Positions 9,828-20,722 of a stretch of 64,000 bases of DNA are shown here, in pieces. The first letter of the stretch is position 1, and each line of letters starts with the position of its first letter. The notes beneath the pieces were generated by a model, which did no database searches, was not told the origin of the DNA, and was given only the letters and a program-made list of their open reading frames with translations. The stretch comes from Chloroflexota bacterium (lineage in GTDB: Bacteria; Chloroflexota; Anaerolineae; J102), in assembly GCA_029782215.1 (NCBI GenBank), contig JAKOVD010000079.1, forward strand, positions 82,729 through 146,728. The letters are read 5' to 3'. The position numbers and the translations under genes were made by a program.

Positions 9828-11390
9828 ATGTACAGCATCAATGTGGATGGCTGCCATCTGACGATCGCCGATGTCGTCGCCGTCGCCAGGGCCCTGCCCG
9901 GCGAAGTGGACCTGCGGCTGGCGACTGAGGCCGCAGCAGCCGTGCAACGGGCAAGCAGCGCCGTGGACCAGATCGTTCAGGAAGGCAGGGTCGTTTACGG
10001 CATCACGACGGGCTTTGGGGCCTTCAAGGATCGGGTGATCCCTCCCGAAGAGATCCGCCAGCTCCAGCGCAACATCCTTCGCTCGCACAGCGCCGGCGCC
10101 GGAACGCCTTTCAACAGCGCCGTCGTCAGAGCCATGATGCTGGTGCGGGCCAACACCCTGGCTTCGGGGCATTCCGGCATCCGCCTAGAAACGCTGCAGC
10201 TTCTTCTGCGCCTGATCGAGCGGGGCGTCCATCCCCTGGTGCCCAGGCAAGGTTCGCTGGGCGCGAGCGGCGACCTGGCGCCCCTGGCGCACATCGCCAG
10301 CGTCCTGATCGGCGAGGGCCAGGCCGAGGTGCAGGGCAGGCTGATGCCGGGAGCCGAGGCGCTGGCGACGGCGGGTCTGCAGCCGGTGGAACTGGCCGCC
10401 AAGGAAGGCCTGGCGCTGACCAACGGCACCGCCCTCATGGCGGCCCTGGGCTGCCTGGCGGTGGATGAAGCCGAGAACTGCGCCTTCGTGGCCGACGTGG
10501 CCGGGGCGCTCTCGCTCGAAGCCCTGGCTGGGACCACCAGCGCCTTTGACCCGCGTATTCACGCCGTGCGCCCGCATCCCCGGCAGATGGCGACCGCTGC
10601 CCTGCTCAACCGCCTGCTGGAAGGCTCCGAGTTCGTGCGCACAGACCTCCGCAGCGATCCCCAGGACGCCTACACCCTGCGCTGTATACCACAGGTGCAC
10701 GGCGCCTGCGCCGACGCCGTGGCCTACGCCCGCTGGGTGGTGGAGATCGAGCTCAACAGCGTGACCGACAACCCCATCCTGTTCTTCGATGAGGCAGGCG
10801 CCGTGACGGCCCTCAGCGGCGGCAATTTCCACGGCGAACCCCTGGCGATTGCCTTCGATTACCTGGCGCTGGCCATGACCGAGCTGGGCAATATCTCCGA
10901 ACGGCGTCTCAGCCGTCTCGTCGACCCTGCCAGCAACGGCCATCGCCTACCTGCCTTCCTCATCGAGCACGGCGGCCTGAACTCTGGCTTCATGCTTGCC
11001 CAGTACACGGCGGCGGCGCTGGCCTCGGAAAACAAGGCCCTCTGCCATCCCGCCAGCGCCGACACCATTCCCACCTCAGCCAACGTGGAGGACCACGTCT
11101 CCAACGGTCCCATCTCCGGCCGCCAGGCCCGCCGCGTGCTGCGCAATCTACAGCAGGTCCTGGGCATCGAGCTCCTGATGGCCGCGCAGGCGATCGATTT
11201 CCGCCGCCGCCACCTGGGACCGCACGCCCACCTGGGTCGTGGCACCGCCGCCGCCTATGCCCTCCTGCGCCAGCGCCTCCCCTTCCTGGAACAGGACGCC
11301 GAATTGGCGCCCCTGATGGCGGCAGCCCGTGACCTTGTCGCTAGCGGCGCCATCCGCGACGTGGTGCAGCAGGCTTTGGGCGACGCCTAG
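9828..11390 (+). CDS. hutH: Histidine ammonia-lyase
   Basis: Start at ATG 9828 (MYSINVDG...). MIO-forming GSLGASGDLAPLAH motif and YGITTGFGAF. The track ORF start at 9309 is an upstream extension. Confidence 0.95.
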   Translation: MYSINVDGCHLTIADVVAVARALPGEVDLRLATEAAAAVQRASSAVDQIVQEGRVVYGITTGFGAFKDRVIPPEEIRQLQRNILRSHSAGAGTPFNSAVVRAMMLVRANTLASGHSGIRLETLQLLLRLIERGVHPLVPRQGSLGASGDLAPLAHIASVLIGEGQAEVQGRLMPGAEALATAGLQPVELAAKEGLALTNGTALMAALGCLAVDEAENCAFVADVAGALSLEALAGTTSAFDPRIHAVRPHPRQMATAALLNRLLEGSEFVRTDLRSDPQDAYTLRCIPQVHGACADAVAYARWVVEIELNSVTDNPILFFDEAGAVTALSGGNFHGEPLAIAFDYLALAMTELGNISERRLSRLVDPASNGHRLPAFLIEHGGLNSGFMLAQYTAAALASENKALCHPASADTIPTSANVEDHVSNGPISGRQARRVLRNLQQVLGIELLMAAQAIDFRRRHLGPHAHLGRGTAAAYALLRQRLPFLEQDAELAPLMAAARDLVASGAIRDVVQQALGDA

Positions 11391-11469
11391 TCGAAACCCA
11401 CCCTGCGCAACAAGCTCTTCACAACCTATTCTTTTGCTCCCGTTTGCGGTCTCACTCTGGGAGGAACCC

Positions 11470-13176
11470 TTGGAACTTGCGACCCTCATCAGCTACAGCC
11501 GGGGCCACACCCCGGCGGACCTTCTGCTCAGGAACGCCCGCGTCATCGACGTTTTCAACGGCGAGGTCCTTCCGCCCACCAGCGTCGCCATCGCCCATTC
11601 GCGCATCGTCGGCATCGGCGACTACGAGGCGGCAGAAGTGATCGACGTCAAAGGCGCCTATGTGGCTCCCGGTTTCATCGACGCCCATGTCCACATTGAG
11701 AGCTCGATGGTGCCGCCGGGCGAGTTCGGCCGGGTGGTGTCGCCGCGCGGCACGACCACTGTGATCACCGATCCCCACGAGATCGCCAACGTGATCGGCC
11801 TGGATGGCATCCGCTTCATGTTTGAAAGCGCCAAGTTCGGGCCCGTGAGCATGTACGTGATGGCCTCATCCTGTGTGCCCGCTACCAGCATGGAGACCAA
11901 CGGCGCCGTGCTGCACTGGTATGACCTCGTGTCGCTGCAGAACGACCCCTGGGTGCTGGGCCTCGCCGAGGTGATGAACTTCCCCGGTGTGGTCAACGCC
12001 GAGCCCGAGGTGCTGGACAAGCTGCGCATCTTCAAAAGCGCCGTTATCGATGGTCACAGCCCGGGGCTGACCGGCAAGGCGCTGCAGGCCTACGCCGCGG
12101 TCGGCATCGCTTCCGACCACGAGTGCACCACGGTGGAGGAGGCGCGCGAGAAGCTGCGCCTGGGCATGGCGATCTTCATCCGCGAGGCGACCAACGCCCG
12201 CAACCTGCATACGCTGCTGCCGCTGGTCACGCCAATGAACCAGCACCGGATCTGCTTCTGCACCGATGACCGTCAGCCCGCCGACCTGCTCGACGAGGGC
12301 AGCATCGACTTCATGGTGCGTACGGCCATCGCCGAAGGGTTGGACCCCATGGTGGCGCTGCGCATGGCCACGTGGAACGCCGCCAACATCTTCCGTCTGC
12401 ACGACCGCGGCGCCGTGACGCCCGGACGCCGCGCCGACCTGATCGTTTTCGACGACCTGCAGGCGCCGCGGCCCTGGCTGGTCGTGCGCGGCGGTCTCGT
12501 CGTCGCCCGCGAGGGCCAGTCGGTGCTGCCGCGACGGGAGCTGCCCCGTTCGCTGCGCTCCACCATGAACGTGGCCTGGGACCGCGTGGACATCCATATC
12601 CCGGCCGAAGGGAGCCGCGCCCGTGTCATCGGCGCCATCCCCGACCAACTTGTCACTCGTCACCTGGTGGAAGACATTGCCAGCACAGATGGCGAGGCGG
12701 TCCCCGACCCGGACCGCGACATCGCCAAGATGGTCGTGATCGAGCGCCATATGTATTCGGGCCAGGTGGGTAAGGGCTTTGTGCATGGCATCGGCCTGCA
12801 GCGCGGGGCCCTTGCTTCTTCCGTCGCCCATGACCATCACAATATCGTCGCCATCGGCGTCGACGATCGGTCGATCCTGACGGCGGCGCGGCGCGTGGCC
12901 GGTCTGGGCGGAGGGATGGCCGTGGCAGTCGGCGATCAGATCATCGCCGAAGTACCCCTGCCGCTGGCAGGTCTGATGAGCACAGAACCCGCTGAGACGG
13001 TCCGGCGCCAGGTCGACCGCGCCATCGGCGCCGTCCGCGAGCTGGGTTCGCCCCTGCATGACCCCTTCATGGCGATGAGCTTTCTGGCCCTGGAGGTCAT
13101 CCCCAGCCTGAAGCTGACGGACCAGGGTCTGGTGGACGTCGACCGCTTCGAGATCGTCCCGCTGTGGGTGTCCTGA
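11470..13176 (+). CDS. ade: Adenine deaminase
   Basis: APGFIDAHVHIESSMV metal-binding motif and overall Ade layout. The likely start is TTG 11470, preceded by GGGAGGA (11459..11465). The track start 11329 overlaps the hutH end. Confidence 0.88.
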   Translation: MELATLISYSRGHTPADLLLRNARVIDVFNGEVLPPTSVAIAHSRIVGIGDYEAAEVIDVKGAYVAPGFIDAHVHIESSMVPPGEFGRVVSPRGTTTVITDPHEIANVIGLDGIRFMFESAKFGPVSMYVMASSCVPATSMETNGAVLHWYDLVSLQNDPWVLGLAEVMNFPGVVNAEPEVLDKLRIFKSAVIDGHSPGLTGKALQAYAAVGIASDHECTTVEEAREKLRLGMAIFIREATNARNLHTLLPLVTPMNQHRICFCTDDRQPADLLDEGSIDFMVRTAIAEGLDPMVALRMATWNAANIFRLHDRGAVTPGRRADLIVFDDLQAPRPWLVVRGGLVVAREGQSVLPRRELPRSLRSTMNVAWDRVDIHIPAEGSRARVIGAIPDQLVTRHLVEDIASTDGEAVPDPDRDIAKMVVIERHMYSGQVGKGFVHGIGLQRGALASSVAHDHHNIVAIGVDDRSILTAARRVAGLGGGMAVAVGDQIIAEVPLPLAGLMSTEPAETVRRQVDRAIGAVRELGSPLHDPFMAMSFLALEVIPSLKLTDQGLVDVDRFEIVPLWVS

Positions 13177-13750
13177 TGCCCTGGCGGTCCCAGAGCTGTA
13201 GTTGCAGGATGGGCAAAATGCGCGGCGTCCCCGCCAGCGTATAGATGTGCTCGCCGATCCGCTGCGCCCCCATCGCCAGGTAGAAGCCCTCGGCGTGCGG
13301 GTCCGCTTCAATGCGCAGACGCTGTGCTCCTCCTGCCCGCGCCGTCACTGCGCCATGAGCGAACAGGCTGCGTCCGATGCCCCTTCCCATCCAATCCGGT
13401 TCGATCCACAGGTGAACGAGCTCCCACTCGTCGCCTTCCCCGTCCAGGGCGCAGAATCCTACCACCCCGGCGCCCACCCTGGCCGCGAAAGTAGGATGCA
13501 CGGCGACGAAATCAGCCGTGATCGTGAGCTGCGACTGCCATGCTTCCATCCACGCCTCCGGATATCCCCAGGAGCGTTTGGCAGCCAGCGCGATGGTCGT
13601 CAAACGGTGGGCGTCCTCCGCTTGCGCCCGCTCGATCCGCAGGCCCGGCATAATGGGATGGTTGGCAGCGTCCAGTTTGGCCTCCTTGGCGCCGGTTGCA
13701 GGTAAGAGCGCCGCTGTGTGCCCGATCTGAAGGGTGGACATCGGACCCAA
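13097..13750 (-). CDS. GNAT-family N-acetyltransferase
   Basis: Acetyl-CoA motif WIEPDWMGRGIGRSLF. The start is uncertain (13750, 13741 or MPGLRIE). The 3' tail overlaps the ade end by 80 nt. Confidence 0.72.
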   Translation of the reverse strand: MGPMSTLQIGHTAALLPATGAKEAKLDAANHPIMPGLRIERAQAEDAHRLTTIALAAKRSWGYPEAWMEAWQSQLTITADFVAVHPTFAARVGAGVVGFCALDGEGDEWELVHLWIEPDWMGRGIGRSLFAHGAVTARAGGAQRLRIEADPHAEGFYLAMGAQRIGEHIYTLAGTPRILPILQLQLWDRQGIRTPTAGRSRSGRRPPDPGPSASGWG

Positions 13751-13900
13751 TGACTCACGACCGGCGCCCGCTAATAAAGCACTAATCTACTTCTGATGCG
13801 TCACAGATGCAATGGCCGTTCAATGGTAGCGGCGGGTAAGTGTCCAGTTTGATTCGAAAAGCACCCGCGCAGCCTATCGCCTTGAGATCAAGAGGTCATC

Positions 13901-16369
<2,469 letters not shown>

Positions 16370-16382
16370 CGGCCCCCGACCG

Positions 16383-16733
16383 TTGACAACTCCCCGCTGC
16401 CCACCGGCGGTTCGCATGCCGATGGGCAGCGGTTTTGAACAGGAGTCGCTTATGCCGCCGGGAACCGATGTCCCGCCCTCGCCCGCCAGCCAGACCGAAC
16501 CCCTGCGCGTTTACCTGGAGCGGAAAGGCCGCGGGGGCAAGTCGGTGTCCGTGATCAAGGGCTTGCAAGCCCATCCCGACGGCAAAAAGGCGCTGATGCG
16601 CATCCTGCAGCAGAAGCTGGGGACGGGCGGGGCCGTCAAGGACGGCGACATCGAAATCCAGGGCGACCAGCGCGACCGCATCGTCGCCATCCTGCTGGAG
16701 ATGGGTTACAAGGCCAAAAAGGCAGGGGGATAA
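16383..16733 (+). CDS. SUI1/YciH-family translation initiation factor
   Basis: C-terminal [21 protein letters not shown]...[28 protein letters not shown] is typical SUI1. The start could be 16383, 16416 or 16452. Confidence 0.8.
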   Translation: MTTPRCPPAVRMPMGSGFEQESLMPPGTDVPPSPASQTEPLRVYLERKGRGGKSVSVIKGLQAHPDGKKALMRILQQKLGTGGAVKDGDIEIQGDQRDRIVAILLEMGYKAKKAGG

Positions 16734-16743
16734 GATCGACCAG

Positions 16744-16807
16744 ACCTCCGGGAGGCGCCAGCGAACCTTTTCGGAGATGCAGGAAGTCTGTGGCGCCTCC
16801 CGGAGGT
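16744..16807. terminator. Perfect 17-bp inverted repeat (bidirectional terminator-like hairpin) between convergent SUI1 and GT9 genes
   Basis: ACCTCCGGGAGGCGCCA (16744..16760) and TGGCGCCTCCCGGAGGT (16791..16807) are exact reverse complements with a 30-nt loop. No clear U-tract. Confidence 0.55.
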
Positions 16808-17997
16808 CAAGACTGCGCCAACAGCGTCCTCGCCGCCTCCAGCACCTGCGCCGGGGTGATGTCGCGCACGCAGCCGTGCAGGGGCAGGTCGGTCCAGTCC
16901 AGCTTGCCGCAGGGAGCGCAGGCCCAACCGGAGGTGAGCACGCGGTGGCGTTCCGCTGGTCCCCACGGCCCGAAACGCACCGGGTCGGCGGGGCCAAACA
17001 GGTGGAGGGTGGGCGCGCCCGCGGCCACGGCCAGGTGCAGGGGGCCGCTGTCAGGTCCCAACACCAGGCGTGCCTCGGCCAGCAGCGCTGCCAGGACACC
17101 GAATGACGTGCGCCCGGCCAGGTTGGCGGCGGCGTCCCCAGAGGCGGTGGTCACGGCCGCGGCCAGGGTCTGTTCGTCCGGCCCGCCGGTGATGACCACG
17201 GCATAACCCTCCTGGTGAAGCTGGCGGGCCACGGCCCCCCACTTCTCCGCCTCCCAGAGCTTGACGGCGGCCCCGGCGCCGGGATGGAGAACGATCAAGC
17301 GCTGAACGTCCAACGTTGAACGTTCAACGTTCAGGATGGAACGCGCCTGGCGGCGGTCGTCGGGGTCGATGGCGAAGTGGAGTGGAGCGCCGAGTGGGTC
17401 CAGAGGGGCAGGGCGCCCCAGGAGCTGGCCGGCCAGGTGCAGGTTGCTGGCGGCGGCGTGCTCATGGGGCAGGGGCAGGGTCTCGGTCAGCCAGGGGGTG
17501 GTTTCGGGCGTGGCGTAGCCGATGCGGCTGGGGATGCCGGCCCAGGCGGCCAGCATGGCGCCCCACCAGTGATCGGGGCGGAAAACAAGGACGGCATCGA
17601 AGCGCTTCCGCCGCAGGACCCTTGCCTGGCGAGGCAGCAGCGACCAGCGCTCGCCCCATCCTGCCCGGGCGCCCCGCTCGAAGGCCGGGAACGGCAGCTC
17701 GACCAGGTGGTCGTAGGCGCCGGCCAGGGCGGGCAGGGCGGGACGGCCCCAGGGCCCGATAACCAGGGTCAGCTCCATCTCCGGCGCCTGCTGGCGCAGC
17801 CAACGCAGGGCAGGGCCCAAGAAAAGCAGGTCGCCCAGGTGGTCAGGGCGGATCAGGAGGACGCGCCTGGCCGCCCGCCCAGGCTGCGGGCCGGGCGCGA
17901 TGGCGGCGGCCAGCACCCGCCCCAGGCTGCGGCGGGCGCGCACCTTCAGGTCTGGCGGCGCCTGGGGGTTGGGTGGGTGTGGGTAGGCAGATCGCAC
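16807..17997 (-). CDS. Glycosyltransferase family 9 (heptosyltransferase-like)
   Basis: 396 aa. RVLLIRPDHLGDLLFLGPALRWLR and LIVLHPGAG...KLWEAEKW are typical of GT9. The track start is GTG 17997, and a downstream GTG (RVLAAAI) is also possible. Confidence 0.82.
   Translation of the reverse strand: MRSAYPHPPNPQAPPDLKVRARRSLGRVLAAAIAPGPQPGRAARRVLLIRPDHLGDLLFLGPALRWLRQQAPEMELTLVIGPWGRPALPALAGAYDHLVELPFPAFERGARAGWGERWSLLPRQARVLRRKRFDAVLVFRPDHWWGAMLAAWAGIPSRIGYATPETTPWLTETLPLPHEHAAASNLHLAGQLLGRPAPLDPLGAPLHFAIDPDDRRQARSILNVERSTLDVQRLIVLHPGAGAAVKLWEAEKWGAVARQLHQEGYAVVITGGPDEQTLAAAVTTASGDAAANLAGRTSFGVLAALLAEARLVLGPDSGPLHLAVAAGAPTLHLFGPADPVRFGPWGPAERHRVLTSGWACAPCGKLDWTDLPLHGCVRDITPAQVLEAARTLLAQS
17303..17333. 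repeat. Copy of the AACGTT-rich palindromic repeat, in-frame inside the GT9 CDS
   Basis: tgaacgtccAACGTTGAACGTTCAACGTTca. Positions 17312..17331 form a perfect 20-bp palindrome. It encodes NVERSTLDVQR just before the LIVLHPGAG strand. Same motif family as 2784..2953. Confidence 0.75.
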
Positions 17998-18006
17998 TGA
18001 CTGCTA

Positions 18007-19348
18007 GTACATCCTGGCTGAGTTAAAGCGAGGGTTTGTCGTTTAGTTGACGCCGATGCCGTGGCAAAGATAAGATGGCGAACATCTTGCTGCCAGCGGA
18101 GGCAACGAAGTGAAAGGACCGAAACCACCTGTCGTCAAATTGAGTTCAGAGGAACGGCAAGCATTGGATAGAGTGAGCAAGGCCCACAGCACCCCGCAGC
18201 AGGTCGCACTGCGGGCACGCATCGTCCTGGCAGCGAGTCAGGGACTGAATAACGAGCAGGTGGCCAGAGAATTGCATGTGAGCATCGACATGGCCCGGTT
18301 GTGGCGGCGACGGTGGTTGGCGGGACAAGGAATCCCGCTGACAGACCTGAGCGTGGAGGAGCGGCTGCGGGACTTACCCAGAGCTGGCAAGCGGTCAGCG
18401 ATTACAGCGGACCAAATGTGTCAGATCATGGCGCTGGCCTGTGAGAAACCGGAGGCATCAGAGCGACCGATCAGTCAATGGTCAGGGCGGGAGGTTGCCG
18501 ACGAAATCATGAAGCGTGGGATTGTCGTCCAGATTTCGCCTCGTCATGCCGCACGGCTACTGAAAAGGGGGATCTCAAGCCCCACCTGATCCGGTACTGG
18601 CTGACGCCGGAGCCGGATGAGCAACTGACGGAGAAGATCGAGGACATCAACACGTTGTATCAGCAGGCGCCAACACGGGCAGCGCAAGGTGAACGAACGC
18701 TGAGTACCGATGAGTTGACCGGCGTACAGGCCTTGGAGCGCAAGCATCCGGGTCTGCCGTTAGCACCTGGCAAGGTCGAACACCGGGAATTCGAGTACAT
18801 TCGTCATGGCACGCTCTCTTTCATGTTCAACTTCGATGTCGTCACCGGCCAGGTGGTGACGCCTTCATGCCGTCCGACACGGACAGAAGCCGACTTTGAG
18901 GCGCACATCCGCCAGACGGTTGAGGCTGATCCAACAACCGAGAAGTGGCACTTCGTCGTCGACAACCTGAACATCCATCAGTCGGAAGCGTTGGTACGCT
19001 ATGTCGCCCAGGAATCTGATATTTCCGATGACCTGGGCGTCAAAGGCGCAAGCGGTATCTTGCAGTCGATGGCGACACGGGTGGCTTTCTTGACCGACCC
19101 GTCGCATCGCATCGTCTTCCACTACACGCCCAAGCATGCCTCGTGGATGAATCAGGTCGAAATTTGGCTCAGTATCCTGGTACGCAAGCTCCTCCAGCGT
19201 GGTAGTTTCACCTCCGTCGAGCAGTTGAAAGCCAAGGTCCTGGCCTTCATCGAGTACTTCAATCGCACCATGGCTAAGCCCTACAAGTGGACCTACAAGG
19301 GCAAAGCCTTGGAAGCCTGACCCAAGGCAGAACTCAGCCGAGGTGTAC
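18007..19348 (+). mobile_element. IS630-family insertion sequence (1342 bp) with TA target duplication
   Basis: Terminal inverted repeats GTACATCCTGGCTGAGTT (18007..18024) and AACTCAGCCGAGGTGTAC (19331..19348) match at 15/18. Flanking TA lies at 18005..18006 and 19349..19350. Confidence 0.85.
18110..19320 (+). CDS. IS630-family DDE transposase in two overlapping frames (orfA 18110..18589; orfB frame to 19320)
   Basis: orfA carries the HTH ([22 protein letters not shown]). orfB carries the DDE region ([27 protein letters not shown]). The frames join by a -1 shift in the A4G5 run 18563..18571, giving ...[18 protein letters not shown], the usual IS630 junction. Confidence 0.85.
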
Positions 19349-19435
19349 TAGCTATCCGCGTAGATCATGGCCCAGTTCCGACTCCGATGACCGCATACAT
19401 TGCTGGAGAGAGTGCCAGTTCATATCTGCTGCCAA

Positions 19436-19732
19436 TTAGGCCGGAACCAACTCAGTGACGTTTGCCAGTTGCGAGCCGATCTCTGTTTCGGCTTTCTTCA
19501 GATCATAGGTCGCTTGCAGGTTGAGCCAATACTGCGGCGACTGCCCCAAGGCGCGACCAAAGAGCAAGGCCAACTCCGCCGTCACTGGGCGAGCGCCATT
19601 CACGACATGTGACACACGCATCGGCGATACGCCAACAGCACGTGCAAACTGAGCCTGAGAGATGCCAAGCTCGTTCAATATCTCGGCCAGAAATTCACCA
19701 GGATGGATGGGTGGTAGACCATTGTCAATCAT
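19436..19732 (-). CDS. higA: HigA-family antitoxin (XRE HTH)
   Basis: 98 aa. IHPGEFLAEILNELGISQAQFARAVGVSPMRVSHVVNGARPVTAELALLFGRALGQSPQYWLNLQ is the typical HigA/VapI antidote pattern. Confidence 0.85.
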   Translation of the reverse strand: MIDNGLPPIHPGEFLAEILNELGISQAQFARAVGVSPMRVSHVVNGARPVTAELALLFGRALGQSPQYWLNLQATYDLKKAETEIGSQLANVTELVPA

Positions 19733-19744
19733 CGTAATCTCCCG

Positions 19745-19867
19745 TCAGTGATAATCTACGATCTCAACGTCGAAGGCGTCGCCGTTATCGAAGCGAAAGC
19801 AGATCCGCCATTGATCATTGATGCGGACACTCCATTGGCCAAGGCGGTCATGTTTCAACGCCTCTAG
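19745..19867 (-). pseudogene. higB: higB (COG3549 killer-protein type) 5'-truncated remnant
   Basis: Codon-by-codon reverse translation gives LEALKHDRLGQWSVRINDQWRICFRFDNGDAFDVEIVDYH-stop, about the C-terminal 40 aa of a roughly 92-aa HigB. Stop lies 12 nt upstream of the higA ATG with a GGGAG SD. The reading frame runs straight into the IS5 end. Confidence 0.72.
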
Positions 19868-20722
19868 AACCTGTTATGAACTTCGGGCCATGAAGGCCAC
19901 AAAGCGCGCCGCCATCAGGATGGCAAAGGCCACGAAGTGCAGTCCGGCCAGCGTTTCTGCCAGACGCTCGTAGTCGCGAGCCAAGCGCCGGAAGCGCGCC
20001 ATCCAGGCAAAACTGCGTTCGACCACCCAACGGCGAGGCAAGAGGACGAAGCCTCGCTTGGCAGTCGGCAGCTTAACAACTTCAAGGCGAATGCCATGCT
20101 GTTCAGCAGCGGCAGCCGCCTCGTCGCCGGTGTAACCCTGGTCGACGAAAGCGACTTCGACGGCATCGCCGGTCGCTTCCTGGACTTTTGCAGCCAACGC
20201 TGCGACCTGCGCCCGCTCTTGCTCGTTAGCGGGTGTCACGGTCACTGCCAGCAACTGGCCCAAGGTGTCCACGGCCAGGTGGACTTTCGAGCCCTTGCGG
20301 CGCTTATGGCCGTCGTAACCGGCGCGCTCGCCGCTTTCGGGACTGGATTGCAGCGTGCGACCGTCGAAGATCGCTGCACTCGGCTGCGGATTGCGTCCGG
20401 CAATCTCGCGTAGCAGCATGCGCAAGTCATGAACCATGTCCTCAAACACGCCTGCCTTGACCCAACGTTGCGTCTGCTGATAGACCGTGTGCCAGGGTGG
20501 CAAGTCGTTGGCCATGAAACGCCACTGCATACCGGTACGCACGATGTAGCGCAAGCCGTTGAAGACTTCCCGCAACGGATAGTCCCGCTGCGGGGCATCT
20601 TCTCTCATCAGTGTCAGATAGGGCGCCACAAACGCCCATTCGTCGTCGGTCACATCGCTGGGATACGCTTTTCGAGCCATGCCCTTAGCGTACCACGCTC
20701 AGTCAAAGTTCATAACAGGCTC
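19867..20722 (-). mobile_element. IS5-family insertion sequence (856 bp)
   Basis: Terminal IRs GAACCTGTTATGAACTT (19867..19883) and the reverse complement of 20706..20722 (GAGCCTGTTATGAACTT) match at 16/17. TA lies on both flanks (19865..19866 and 20723..20724). Confidence 0.8.
19874..20680 (-). CDS. IS5-family DDE transposase
   Basis: 268 aa. N-terminal [11 protein letters not shown] (DUF4096-like), [24 protein letters not shown] and [23 protein letters not shown] are typical of IS5/IS4-superfamily transposases. Confidence 0.9.
   Translation of the reverse strand: MARKAYPSDVTDDEWAFVAPYLTLMREDAPQRDYPLREVFNGLRYIVRTGMQWRFMANDLPPWHTVYQQTQRWVKAGVFEDMVHDLRMLLREIAGRNPQPSAAIFDGRTLQSSPESGERAGYDGHKRRKGSKVHLAVDTLGQLLAVTVTPANEQERAQVAALAAKVQEATGDAVEVAFVDQGYTGDEAAAAAEQHGIRLEVVKLPTAKRGFVLLPRRWVVERSFAWMARFRRLARDYERLAETLAGLHFVAFAILMAARFVAFMARSS

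Noticed and set aside
9309-10172. N-terminal extensions of track ORFs 8562..10172 and 9309..11390, which overlap each other divergently. The same issue applies to 11329, 24752, 28073, 28869, 31145, 48329, 55180, 55376 and 62384.
   Set aside because: Homolog-like sequence begins at internal starts, and the extensions are off-frame-like and overlap neighbouring genes. I used the internal start codons instead.
13097-13176. 80-nt convergent overlap of the GNAT 3' end with the ade 3' end.
   Set aside because: The GNAT fold is complete well before the overlap. The tail (..RSRSGRRPPDPGPSASGWG) looks like read-through to the first available stop. It is probably of no functional significance.
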